From assembly GCA_965116495.1 (NCBI GenBank), contig OZ220696.1, positions 1,472,001 to 1,536,000 on the forward strand: a stretch of 64,000 bases of DNA. Direction: 5' to 3'. The stretch is from Gammaproteobacteria bacterium (GTDB lineage Bacteria; Pseudomonadota; Gammaproteobacteria; Eutrophobiales; Eutrophobiaceae). The notes below the pieces were generated by a model, which worked only from the letters and a program-made list of their open reading frames with translations, was not told the DNA's origin and ran no database searches. This document shows positions 32,548 to 41,688 of the stretch, piece by piece (the stretch's first letter is position 1; each line of letters starts with the position of its first letter). Made by a program: the position numbers and the translations under genes.

Positions 32548-32886
32548 ATGGCTGTAGCGATGTTTGACACACATGTATTTGTAAAAGAACTTGTGCAGGT
32601 TGGCATGCCGGAAGAGCAGGCAGAGGTTTTGGCGCGAACCCATACAACGCTGATTGACGAAAAGCTTGCGACCAAGAGGGGTTTGAAAGAACTGGAGCTG
32701 GCTACGAAGAGGGATTTGAAAGAATTGGAAACTGGCCTCAAACGCGACATGAAAGGAATGGAAACCGGCCTCAAACGCGATATGAAAGAAATGGAGCTGC
32801 GGTTGAAACACGATTTGACGGTGCGCCTCGGTTCCATGATGGTGCTTGCAATCGGTGTAGTCGCCGCGCTGGTCAAATTGCTGTGA
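32548..32886 (+). CDS. DUF1640/CCDC90-family membrane-anchored coiled-coil protein
   Basis: FDTHVFVKEL..GMPEEQAE head, LATKxDL, 11-aa repeats, C-terminal TM; AAGGAG RBS. Confidence 0.85.
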   Translation: MAVAMFDTHVFVKELVQVGMPEEQAEVLARTHTTLIDEKLATKRGLKELELATKRDLKELETGLKRDMKGMETGLKRDMKEMELRLKHDLTVRLGSMMVLAIGVVAALVKLL

Positions 32887-34961
32887 AACCGGGGCAAGCC
32901 GGCACATCTGAAAATCTCACCCAAGCAAAAGAACTGATCCGGACAGCCAGGTTTGGTGATGCAATCTTTTGGCTGAAACAACTGCTTGCCTCAGAACCGG
33001 AAGACGACGACCGGGTGGAGGCCCTGTATATGCTGGCCGTCGCACAGCGTTACGGCAATCAGCCCGGCAAGGCTTTGACGACACTCGATACCCTGCTTGC
33101 CGATAATTCCGAATATGCACGAGCCCACCAGGAACGCGGCCACCTCTTTTTATCCCTTAACCGCGGCGAAGACGCTGCCCGGGCTTATGCCAGGGCGGTT
33201 GAATTAAACCCTGCCCTGAAAGCAAGCCTGAATGCGCTCGTCAACCTGGAAGAACGCGCCGGCAGGAAGGAACTGGCCCTGCCGGCCCGTGAAAGGCTGG
33301 ATTTTCTCAACCGGCTGCCTGCGGAACTGGTCAACGTGCTGGACCTCGTCCACGAGAATAAACTCTACAAGGCCGAACAGTTGTGCAGGGATTACCTGCA
33401 AAAACACAAACACCACATCGAAGCCATGCGTCTCCTGGCCGAAATAGGAGTACGGCTGAGCATTTACGATGATGCTGAATTCCTGCTGGAAAGCTGCGTG
33501 GAATTTGCGCCGGACCACGTTCAGGCCCGCATCGATTACGTCAATATCCTGATCCGGAAAACCCGGTTCGAGAAGGCACACGAACAAGCCAAAATCCTGC
33601 TGGATCTGGAACCGGATAATCCGGGCTTCCAAAGCACCCTGGCCGGCACGCTCGTCGGCCTGGGCAGGTTCGATGAAGGCATTGCCCTGTACGAAAAGGT
33701 ATTGGACACCCACCCCGGCCGCGCCGAGTTGCATGTTCAGGTGGGCCATGCCCGGAAAACCACGGGCCTGCTGGATAACGCGATTCAATCCTACCGGGAC
33801 GCGTACAGTCGCAGACCCGATTTCGGCGATGCCTACTGGAGTCTCGCCAACACCAAGACCTATCAGTTTACGGATGATGAGATCGACCTCATCAGGCATA
33901 ATGCCGACGCCCCGGGCGTATCGTTAAACGACAGGATTCACCTGTGTTTTGCCGGCGGCAAGGCGCTGGAAGACCGCGGTGAATATGCCGCTTCATTCGC
34001 CAGTTATGAGAAAGGCAATAATCTCAAGATGAGGCAGACCGGCTACAGGATTGAAAAGATGGAAGCGCGCGTCCAGGCGCAGACAGAGACCTGTACCAGC
34101 GAACTCTTTGAGAACCGGCAAGGTGTTGGGCTCGATTGCAGAGATCCGATCTTCATTGTCGGCCTGCCCCGCTCCGGTTCCACCCTGCTGGAACAGATCC
34201 TGGCGTCTCACAGTATGGTGGACGGCACCATGGAACTGCATAACATACTTGCCCTGGCGCAGAAACTGCGCGGAAGGGAATCTGAGAAGACCTCCAGATA
34301 TCCCGCTATCCTGCATGAATTGGAAGAAGACTATTTCCGTCGCTTTGGGGAGCAATTTATCAGGGATACCCGGATCTATCGCGCCGATGCGCCCCTGTTC
34401 ATCGACAAGATGCCGAATAACTTCATGCACGTCGGACTCATCCGCCTCATATTGCCGAATGCCAGGGTGATCGACGCCCGGCGCGAACCCATGGCCTGTT
34501 GTTTCAGTTGCTTCAAGCAGTTATTCGGTGAGGGCCAGGAGTTTACCTACGGCCTGGAGGAAGTAGGACGCTATTACCGCGCCTACGTGCGGTTGATGGA
34601 CCACTGGGACCGTGTACTGCCCGGTTTTGTCCTGCGTGTGATGCACGAAGACGTGGTCAACGACCTGGAAACCCAGGTGCGACGCATCCTCGATTTCTGC
34701 GACTTGCCTTTTGAAGAGGCCTGTATCAACTTCCACGAAACCGAACGCAGCGTCAGGACGCCCAGTTCCGAACAGGTCAGGCAACCCATCTACCGCAGCG
34801 GCCTGGAGCAATGGCGTAATTTCGAACCCTGGCTGGACCCACTGAAACAGGCGCTGGGGCCTGAGATCCTCGGAGTTCGTCATTCCGGCGAAAGCCCCTC
34901 TCGTCATTCCGGCGAAAGCCCCTCTCGTCGTTCCGGCGAAAGCCGGAATCCAGCGAAATAA
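32883..34961 (+). CDS. TPR-repeat sulfotransferase
   Basis: N-terminal TPRs; PIFIVGLPRSGSTLLEQIL, IDKMPNNF, VRTPSSEQVRQP. Confidence 0.92.
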   Translation: MKPGQAGTSENLTQAKELIRTARFGDAIFWLKQLLASEPEDDDRVEALYMLAVAQRYGNQPGKALTTLDTLLADNSEYARAHQERGHLFLSLNRGEDAARAYARAVELNPALKASLNALVNLEERAGRKELALPARERLDFLNRLPAELVNVLDLVHENKLYKAEQLCRDYLQKHKHHIEAMRLLAEIGVRLSIYDDAEFLLESCVEFAPDHVQARIDYVNILIRKTRFEKAHEQAKILLDLEPDNPGFQSTLAGTLVGLGRFDEGIALYEKVLDTHPGRAELHVQVGHARKTTGLLDNAIQSYRDAYSRRPDFGDAYWSLANTKTYQFTDDEIDLIRHNADAPGVSLNDRIHLCFAGGKALEDRGEYAASFASYEKGNNLKMRQTGYRIEKMEARVQAQTETCTSELFENRQGVGLDCRDPIFIVGLPRSGSTLLEQILASHSMVDGTMELHNILALAQKLRGRESEKTSRYPAILHELEEDYFRRFGEQFIRDTRIYRADAPLFIDKMPNNFMHVGLIRLILPNARVIDARREPMACCFSCFKQLFGEGQEFTYGLEEVGRYYRAYVRLMDHWDRVLPGFVLRVMHEDVVNDLETQVRRILDFCDLPFEEACINFHETERSVRTPSSEQVRQPIYRSGLEQWRNFEPWLDPLKQALGPEILGVRHSGESPSRHSGESPSRRSGESRNPAK
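34878..34953 (+). repeat. RPE-like unit amplified x3 (24 bp) inside CDS 3' end
   Basis: CGTCATTCCGGCGAAAGCCCCTCT repeats encode RHSGESPS. Confidence 0.85.
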
Positions 34962-36814
34962 TGAACAAACTCGCACAATCAACCATTAAATCCTTATTCG
35001 AGTTATACCGGTCCGGCGATTACCGAACATTGCTGGAACGGACGCGCTCCCTGCTCGAGACAAACCCCGATGAGTTGGCCCTGCACAGCCTGTCAGGTTC
35101 GGCCTGTCTGGAACTGGAAGAGTATGACGCTGCAATCCACAGCTACCAGGCGGCGCTGTCCATCAAACCGGACTTCACCAAGATACATAACAGCCTGGGG
35201 ATCGCTTTTCTCCGTAACGGACAACTGAAGGAAGCGGCCGGCAGTTTTCACAATGCCGTCAGGTATGACTCGCAATTCGCCCAGGCCTGGTTCAATCTCG
35301 GCATCGTCTACGAGAACCGGCAGCGACTGCCGGAAGCCGCCGGTTACTATAAGAAGGCAACGCTGCTCAACCCGGTTTATTACCAGGCCTTCAGTTCACT
35401 GGCAAAACTGCTGTGGGAATTACGGGAGCCTGATCAGGTTGAGACGTATTTTGAAAAAGCGCTGGCCATCCAGGAATCTTACCTGCCCGCGCACCTGGGG
35501 TTAATGCACTTCCTTGAACAAAGCAATCAACATGACAAGTTACGCAATGCCGTAGCCCGGGCCCGCGACGCGTTTGGTTCACATGTTCAGGTCAGGCTCT
35601 ACGAAGGTATCCTGACCGATATCAAGGGCGAGCATGAAAAAGCGAGATCGTTACTGGAGGCATTCTCCATCGAACCGGCAGACGCCTTGACCAGACACGG
35701 AGAGAGAACGCGGCTGGCCCGTCTGACCCATCTCTGCGACAGGCTGCATGATACCGCCGCAGCGATTCGATACGCGCAAAGAGCTAATGACCTGTCCCGG
35801 GAGATGAGCACCGCCAAGGGTATCGACAAGTCGGGATTCCTGCAATTTGTAGAAAACCGGCGGCGCTATTTTGTCGCCGTGAACATCAACCAATGGCCTG
35901 TTCATAATCCCGGCGAAAGCCCCTCTCGTCGTTCCGGCGAAAGCCGGAACCCAGTAAAACACAGAGTCGCCTCCAGCGACACATCTTTCGACAAGATACC
36001 GGGTCAAGCCCGGCATGACGACCCGGCAGGTCAAGCCCGGCATGACGAAAGAAATGATCCCGTGTTCATCATCGGCTTCCCCCGCTCCGGCAGCACGTTG
36101 CTCGACACGCTGCTGCGGGGACACCCGGACATTCGGGTGGCGGAAGAGTCCGACGCTGTGTCTGCAATGGTGAATCGGCTCTCGGGGCAATCGGATGAAC
36201 GACTCGAAACTCTGGCTGACCTGCCGGACCAGGACATTGAGGATTTCAGGCAACACTATTTCAATGCGCTGGCTCGCCACGTAAAACCAGATGACGGCGT
36301 CGTGCTCATCGACCGGTTTGCCCTCGACATCATTTACGCCGGCGAAATAGTTCGCCTGTTCCCGCAGGCCAGGTTCGTCCTCCTGTTACGCCACCCCGCC
36401 GATTGTGTATTGAGTTGCCTCATGCAAACCTTCTACGAAACTTCGGCAAACGCCAGTTTTTTCACCCTGGAAGACAGCGCCCACCTGTATGACCAGGTAT
36501 TCGGCCTGTGGCGGCAATACACCGACACCCTGCAATTGAACGTGCTCCAGGTGAAATACGAAGAGTTGATCGCGGACGTCGAATCAACCTGCCGCCGGAT
36601 AACGGACTTTCTGGAAATGCCCTGGCACCCGGGTATCCTGGAACACGAGCGAACCGCCATGGACAGGCCCCTCATCGGCACCGCAAGCTATAACCAGGTA
36701 ACCCGTCCCCTGTATGCCGAAGCGCAGGGCCGCTGGCAGCGCTACCGCGCTGAGATGCAGGCGGTGCTGCCGGTACTCGAGCCCTGGATACGTTATTTTG
36801 AATATGAAGAATGA
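34961..36814 (+). CDS. TPR-repeat sulfotransferase (second paralog)
   Basis: TPRs; PVFIIGFPRSGSTLLDTLL, RHPADCVLS, TASYNQVTRP. Confidence 0.9.
   Translation: MNKLAQSTIKSLFELYRSGDYRTLLERTRSLLETNPDELALHSLSGSACLELEEYDAAIHSYQAALSIKPDFTKIHNSLGIAFLRNGQLKEAAGSFHNAVRYDSQFAQAWFNLGIVYENRQRLPEAAGYYKKATLLNPVYYQAFSSLAKLLWELREPDQVETYFEKALAIQESYLPAHLGLMHFLEQSNQHDKLRNAVARARDAFGSHVQVRLYEGILTDIKGEHEKARSLLEAFSIEPADALTRHGERTRLARLTHLCDRLHDTAAAIRYAQRANDLSREMSTAKGIDKSGFLQFVENRRRYFVAVNINQWPVHNPGESPSRRSGESRNPVKHRVASSDTSFDKIPGQARHDDPAGQARHDERNDPVFIIGFPRSGSTLLDTLLRGHPDIRVAEESDAVSAMVNRLSGQSDERLETLADLPDQDIEDFRQHYFNALARHVKPDDGVVLIDRFALDIIYAGEIVRLFPQARFVLLLRHPADCVLSCLMQTFYETSANASFFTLEDSAHLYDQVFGLWRQYTDTLQLNVLQVKYEELIADVESTCRRITDFLEMPWHPGILEHERTAMDRPLIGTASYNQVTRPLYAEAQGRWQRYRAEMQAVLPVLEPWIRYFEYEE
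35908..36047 (+). repeat. In-frame RPE-like insertion between TPR and sulfotransferase domains
   Basis: CGTCGTTCCGGCGAAAGCCGGAACCCAG...CCGGGTCAAGCCCGGCATGACG (duplicated). Confidence 0.8.
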
Positions 36815-36817
36815 GAA

Positions 36818-36841
36818 GGGGACGGACTTAAGTCCGTCCCT
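36818..36841. repeat. REP-like palindrome GGGGACGGACTTAAGTCCGTCCCT
   Basis: Family of 7492 and 29224. Confidence 0.7.
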
Positions 36842-36869
36842 GATTGAGGTGGCAGGGTCGTTAAAAACG

Positions 36870-37035
36870 GTAAACGAATTCTTGCTCTGGTAGTTGAAAT
36901 CACCCTGTCCATGACGCGCAGCCAACCGATTACCCGCTCCGCCTGGTGTGACCCGTTCACGACATCGTGGGTAAAAACCAGGTCGTAATCCTCACGGGTG
37001 CCGTGGTCCATTACGGTAAAATTCACTTCACTCAC
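36870..37035 (-). pseudogene. 5' remnant of an HD-domain metalloprotein gene
   Basis: MSEVNFTVMDHGTREDYDL...QAERVIGWLRVMD resembles the N-terminus of HD-domain proteins; no HD motif follows; GAGG RBS; 3' boundary approximate. Confidence 0.5.
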
Positions 37036-37049
37036 AACTGTTACCTCAT

Positions 37050-38045
37050 TCAGTTCTCCACATGCTCGACAAATTGATCGTAGATGTCGGACGCCAGGGC
37101 CGCGCGCAGTATACGTTGTACGATGACGGGGTTCACGCCGATTTCGTTGGACGCAATAAGCAGGGCGCGGCGGTCCGGGTGTAATTCACTTTTTACCCGG
37201 TCAATCAGGCGCCGGTAATGGGGCAGCCCCTGTTTGCGTATACCGTAACGGTGCCAGGCTTCCCGCCAGTCGCTGGCAAAATCCGTCAATAACTGTGTAT
37301 AACGTTCCACCAGGACTGGGTCATTAGCGGGATGATCCTCGAATTCACGGACCAGGTCAGCTACCAGTGCATCAATTTCCCCGGGCGCCATGACCGGTGA
37401 AATATTGTAATTCTCGGTGAGGATGTTCACCTGCTTGTCCGGCTCGTACGGCACGAATTCAACTTGCCTGCCGACGTCTGCGCGGTCCCCAGCGGGATCG
37501 GCTTCAAGTGCCTGGCTTACCAGCCTCCAGAAACGTGATGAACCCGCCAGGTCTATCACCAGGTGTATCCGGTCCTGCGCGCCGGCGTTGATCACGTTGT
37601 GCCGGCGCCAGTTATCGAAGATCCAGCATTCGCCCTCCCGCATGTGGACGTTTTCGGCGCCGCAATAAAATACTACTCCGGGATTCGTACTGGTCGGTAT
37701 GTGTATGCGTACCCGGGAATACCAGTGGTAATTAAAATCGACGTGGTACTGCACTTCGCAGCCCGCATCCAGTTTCATCAGGCGGGAGCGCGCCAATACC
37801 TCGCCAAAACTCGCCATGACCTGGCAGTGGTATGGACAATGATCAAGGTGGGGGGTGGCCGCCATGCGCCCACCGAATTCATCGTTGTCCCCGCCGGCCC
37901 TGGAAATGAGCGCAACGGCCGAGTTGCCCTTCAGTCCCAACGGGTGCGGCCTCCAGGCAACCTGTTCCAGGTGCGCAGCTTCCTGCGCCAGGCGGGCGGC
38001 GTCAAAGGCCAGTGGAAGGCGGATGAAGGGTCTGGCGAGTTTCAT
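37050..38045 (-). CDS. Aspartyl/asparaginyl beta-hydroxylase-domain 2OG/Fe(II) oxygenase
   Basis: RSRLMKL, HVD, RIHIP, GECWIFDNWRRHNV, DRIHLVID. Confidence 0.88.
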   Translation of the reverse strand: MKLARPFIRLPLAFDAARLAQEAAHLEQVAWRPHPLGLKGNSAVALISRAGGDNDEFGGRMAATPHLDHCPYHCQVMASFGEVLARSRLMKLDAGCEVQYHVDFNYHWYSRVRIHIPTSTNPGVVFYCGAENVHMREGECWIFDNWRRHNVINAGAQDRIHLVIDLAGSSRFWRLVSQALEADPAGDRADVGRQVEFVPYEPDKQVNILTENYNISPVMAPGEIDALVADLVREFEDHPANDPVLVERYTQLLTDFASDWREAWHRYGIRKQGLPHYRRLIDRVKSELHPDRRALLIASNEIGVNPVIVQRILRAALASDIYDQFVEHVEN

Positions 38046-38746
38046 GGCGTGTCCGGCGTGTACTCCTTGCTTGTCAACGGTACGGTGGCAATCTTTCCTG
38101 CATCATAACCGAAAAGTTCGAAATCCATGCGGTAATAGTCGGCAATCGACTCCTGCAGGGCAGCGTCATAATAACACTCGTAATCCCGGTGCCGGGACTC
38201 ATTCCTGCGACTCAATCCCGATGGGACAAGACCTACCTGGCGACAGATCTCATCGAATGACTCCTGCAGGGTCTCATAGTGTCCCACGTAGTCCATCATG
38301 AGCCGATCATTCTCATCCGTGAGTAACCGGTACTGGGGTTTCACCAGGACCCGCTGCCGGAAGCGCGTATTGTCAAGGGCCTGGCGCATGAATTTGACCT
38401 CGTTTCCGGCAAACCCGCGGTTGCGGCGATTAAGAAAAAAACAGGTCGAAACATACCGGTCAAAGGGATTCCGGACAAAACCGAATTTGAAATAGGAAGA
38501 CCAGGTTTGCGCCGGCAGACACGCCCTGACCTGCCGGAAGGAAACATGACCGTGCTTGAGGGCGGCGATGTCCGGAACCGGGATGCGCTGTTCACCGAAC
38601 AACGCCTGCTGCTCCCAGTCGTCCTCACCCAGGTGCGGCCTGAGCGCCTGGCGCACGGCATGGGTTGCCGTCCTGGGGACGGCAAAGAAAATAAACCGAT
38701 GTTTATGAGAGATGATCACTGATGAATATATAGACTTTGCCATCAT
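38042..38746 (-). CDS. Sulfotransferase family 2 protein
   Basis: IISHKHRFIFFAVPRTAT, FGFVRNPFDRYVS, DFELFGY. Confidence 0.88.
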   Translation of the reverse strand: MMAKSIYSSVIISHKHRFIFFAVPRTATHAVRQALRPHLGEDDWEQQALFGEQRIPVPDIAALKHGHVSFRQVRACLPAQTWSSYFKFGFVRNPFDRYVSTCFFLNRRNRGFAGNEVKFMRQALDNTRFRQRVLVKPQYRLLTDENDRLMMDYVGHYETLQESFDEICRQVGLVPSGLSRRNESRHRDYECYYDAALQESIADYYRMDFELFGYDAGKIATVPLTSKEYTPDTP

Positions 38747-38820
38747 CCACCCTGGCCGGGTGGGTCTTCAGGTCAATGCATACCGGCGCGCCTTTCGCCT
38801 TGCCGTAAGGAACAGGTCAT

Positions 38821-39786
38821 TCATGCTTCGGAATACTTGGCGCGCTCCTGGGTAGGCCTGAGCTTGAAATACTCGTGGTAACATTTGCTGAAGTGCTGTA
38901 AGGATTTGAAGCCGGTTTCTATTGCGATCCCACGTACGTTCGTGCCGGTGTGACGCAGGAGATTACGCGCGGCAATCAGCCGCAACCTCAGGTAATACTG
39001 GCTCGGGGAATAGTGGAAATATTGCCGAAACGCTCGCTCCAGTTGCCGTGTGGATACATTGAGGTATTTGGCAATCTCTTCTACGAACAACGGTTCGGAA
39101 ATATTATTGCGCATGAGCAGCACGGCTTCATTCAGGTAATCCGGCGCGCCTGGGGCCTGGCTGCGTACCGATATATACTGGGGCTCTCCCCGCTCCCTGA
39201 TGCGGTCAACCGTAAACTGTTCGGAAATAGCCGAGGCGACCTCCCGGTTGTAGTCGCGTCGAATCAGGAACAGCATCAGGTCCAGCGGCGCCGTGCCGCC
39301 GGCACAGGTAAAACGCCGGCGGTCAATCTCAAACAACTCGTCGGTCACCTTCAACCGGGGAAATTCTTCTCGCAGGCTGCCTATGTTTTCCCAGTGTATC
39401 GTGCAGCGGTGATCGTTAAGCACACCGGATTTTGCCAACAGGTATGAGCCGGTACATAACGCACCCATAGGTAAACTGGTACAGGCAAGCCGGCGCAATG
39501 CCTTGCCCAGCGGCGGATTCCAGGAGTCCTTGACATGGACACCGGCACAGACGAACAGCATGTCCAGTTTTTTTGCCTGGTCAAACGGAAGTGTAGGCTG
39601 GATTTGCAGGTTGGCGCTTGATGTGACGGGGGCGTCGTCAAAAGTCAAAACGGACCAGCGATACAGCTCCTGCTCCGAGGTTAGATTTGCCATACGCAAC
39701 GCTTCAACCGCCGAGGAAAACGCTATCAGCGTAAAGTTGGGCACCAGCAGGAATCCGTAATGGAGTGGTTGTTTGGCAGCTACCAC
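38821..39786 (-). CDS. GlxA/GbdR-type AraC regulator (DJ-1 domain plus HTH)
   Basis: AVEALRMAN, ALCTGSYLLA, TIHWEN, TCAGGTAPLDL, STRQLERAF; start set at GTG 39786 after GGAGG. Confidence 0.92.
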   Translation of the reverse strand: MVAAKQPLHYGFLLVPNFTLIAFSSAVEALRMANLTSEQELYRWSVLTFDDAPVTSSANLQIQPTLPFDQAKKLDMLFVCAGVHVKDSWNPPLGKALRRLACTSLPMGALCTGSYLLAKSGVLNDHRCTIHWENIGSLREEFPRLKVTDELFEIDRRRFTCAGGTAPLDLMLFLIRRDYNREVASAISEQFTVDRIRERGEPQYISVRSQAPGAPDYLNEAVLLMRNNISEPLFVEEIAKYLNVSTRQLERAFRQYFHYSPSQYYLRLRLIAARNLLRHTGTNVRGIAIETGFKSLQHFSKCYHEYFKLRPTQERAKYSEA

Positions 39787-39822
39787 AAATCCCTCCGAAT
39801 CATTGTAATAATAGCACGGAGG

Positions 39823-39945
39823 AATGGGGTCAGGTCGCACATTGCACACACTGCCGAAATGGGTGCGAACATGTGACAAACCTCAGTGTGTGCAATGTGC
39901 GACCTGACCCCATTTTACTCTGCGACCTGACCCCATTTTACTCTG
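39823..39945. repeat. REPIN/MITE-like hairpin element, copy C, with 23-bp terminal duplication
   Basis: Homologous to 9899 and 11240; TGCGACCTGACCCCATTTTACTC twice. Confidence 0.85.
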
Positions 39946-39947
39946 GA

Positions 39948-41537
39948 TTAAATCTCGCGTACTTCCGTTGCGCCGTCCTGACGGTGTTCAAGTGCATATT
40001 TAACCGACCTGAGCGTATTACCAAAGTCCTTATGCAGCCATTTGAATAAGGATACCTGAAGGATAACCAGAACCGGGATCAACGGCAATGCGGCAATTAC
40101 CGTTGACGTCTGTACAGTCTTCAAGCCGCCGGCCGCGATCAGTCCGACCGCTATGACGGCAAGAGCAAAGGCCCAGGCAAAACGGTTCCAGCGGGCCGGT
40201 TGCCCCTCGCCGGTCAGGTTCTTGGTACTCATGCTGGACAGTACGTAAGCGGCGGAGTCCAGCGTCGTAGCGAGGAAAATAATGCACAGGAGAGTAAATA
40301 TGAACAGCGTGAGCGACCCGCCCGGAAGGCTGCCGACGATGGCAACGACAGCGGCGGGGATACCTGATTCGTTCAGCACAGAGGATATGTCCAGAGTGCC
40401 GTTGATCTCCATATCCAGGGAATACCCGCCACCGATTGCAAAAAAGGCCATGCAACCAAGGCTCCCCCATATCATCTGGCCGATGATGACCTCCCTGATC
40501 GTACGCCCCCTGGAAATGCGCGCCACGAACAGTCCGACCATCGGCGCATAAGCAATCCACCAGCCCCAGTAGAACACCGTCCAATCCTCGGGGAAGCCGC
40601 TTTTTGTAACCGGATCCATCCAGAAACTCATGCGGAACAGGTTGTCCAGCAGCAGGCCGAAACTGTTTACAGACATATTCAGGATGAATACGGTCGGACC
40701 GACAACCAGCACGAATATCAGGAACAGGATGGCGAACACTGCGTTCACGTCGGCCAGGATCCGGATACCCTTCTCCAGTCCCATGTAAACGCTTGTTACA
40801 AAGATGGCGGTCCACACCACCAGGACGCCGAATTGCAACATACGCGTATCCGGCAGGGAAAAAGATTCGGCGACAAGTGCAGAGACAAGGGGAAGACCCA
40901 GTCCCAGACTGGTGCCGGTACCGCCTATGATGGCGATGATCACAATCACATCGATTCCGGTGCCAAACCAGCCGGCGCTGTGCCGGCCGAGCACACCGGC
41001 GCTTGCGGTGCTGATCCTGCAGAAAGGCTGTTTTCGCACATACAGGGAATAGGCAATCGGTAACGCCGGCAACGCGTAGAAAGCCCAGGGAACTATCGAC
41101 CAGTGAAACTGGCCGTACATGTGCGCCCACTCGGCCGCCTCCGGTGTACCTGCCCCGACTCCGAACGGGGGCGATTGGAAATAATATATAGGTTCGACAA
41201 ATGCCCAGTTGGTAAGGCCGATGCCTATCCCCACGGTAAACATCATGGCAATCCAGCTTAGCTTCGAGAACTCGGGGCCGTCGTCAGGGGCGCCTAATTT
41301 TACCCGTCCGTAACGACTGAACGCCAGCCAGGTAAGCACCGCGATGGTGCTGAAGCCCACCAGGAGATACAACCAGCCGAAATAGCCGGTAACCACCTGC
41401 AGCGCATCATCGAGAAGCAACTGGGCACGCTCGGGTTTCAGGACCAGCAACGCGGCGATGATCATGACCAGGATAAAGGTCGGCAGGAAAACCCTTTTAT
41501 CCAGGGCCGGTTGCAGGGATGGAGGGCTTGAATTCAC
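39948..41537 (-). CDS. BCCT-family transporter
   Basis: SWIAMMFTVGIG, WTVFYWGWWIAYAPMVGLFVARISRGRTIRE. Confidence 0.95.
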   Translation of the reverse strand: MNSSPPSLQPALDKRVFLPTFILVMIIAALLVLKPERAQLLLDDALQVVTGYFGWLYLLVGFSTIAVLTWLAFSRYGRVKLGAPDDGPEFSKLSWIAMMFTVGIGIGLTNWAFVEPIYYFQSPPFGVGAGTPEAAEWAHMYGQFHWSIVPWAFYALPALPIAYSLYVRKQPFCRISTASAGVLGRHSAGWFGTGIDVIVIIAIIGGTGTSLGLGLPLVSALVAESFSLPDTRMLQFGVLVVWTAIFVTSVYMGLEKGIRILADVNAVFAILFLIFVLVVGPTVFILNMSVNSFGLLLDNLFRMSFWMDPVTKSGFPEDWTVFYWGWWIAYAPMVGLFVARISRGRTIREVIIGQMIWGSLGCMAFFAIGGGYSLDMEINGTLDISSVLNESGIPAAVVAIVGSLPGGSLTLFIFTLLCIIFLATTLDSAAYVLSSMSTKNLTGEGQPARWNRFAWAFALAVIAVGLIAAGGLKTVQTSTVIAALPLIPVLVILQVSLFKWLHKDFGNTLRSVKYALEHRQDGATEVREI

Positions 41538-41688
41538 TTAGTGTACAGTCTGTGGGTTGGCGCCAGCATACCATTACCAGGGTAATATTAAAAGAAATCC
41601 CGGCCGGCATAAGGGTTCATCCGGACCCGGCGGCAGGGAATTAATGGAGTCAGACTCGATTGATTTTCAAAATGGGGTCTGCTCCCAT

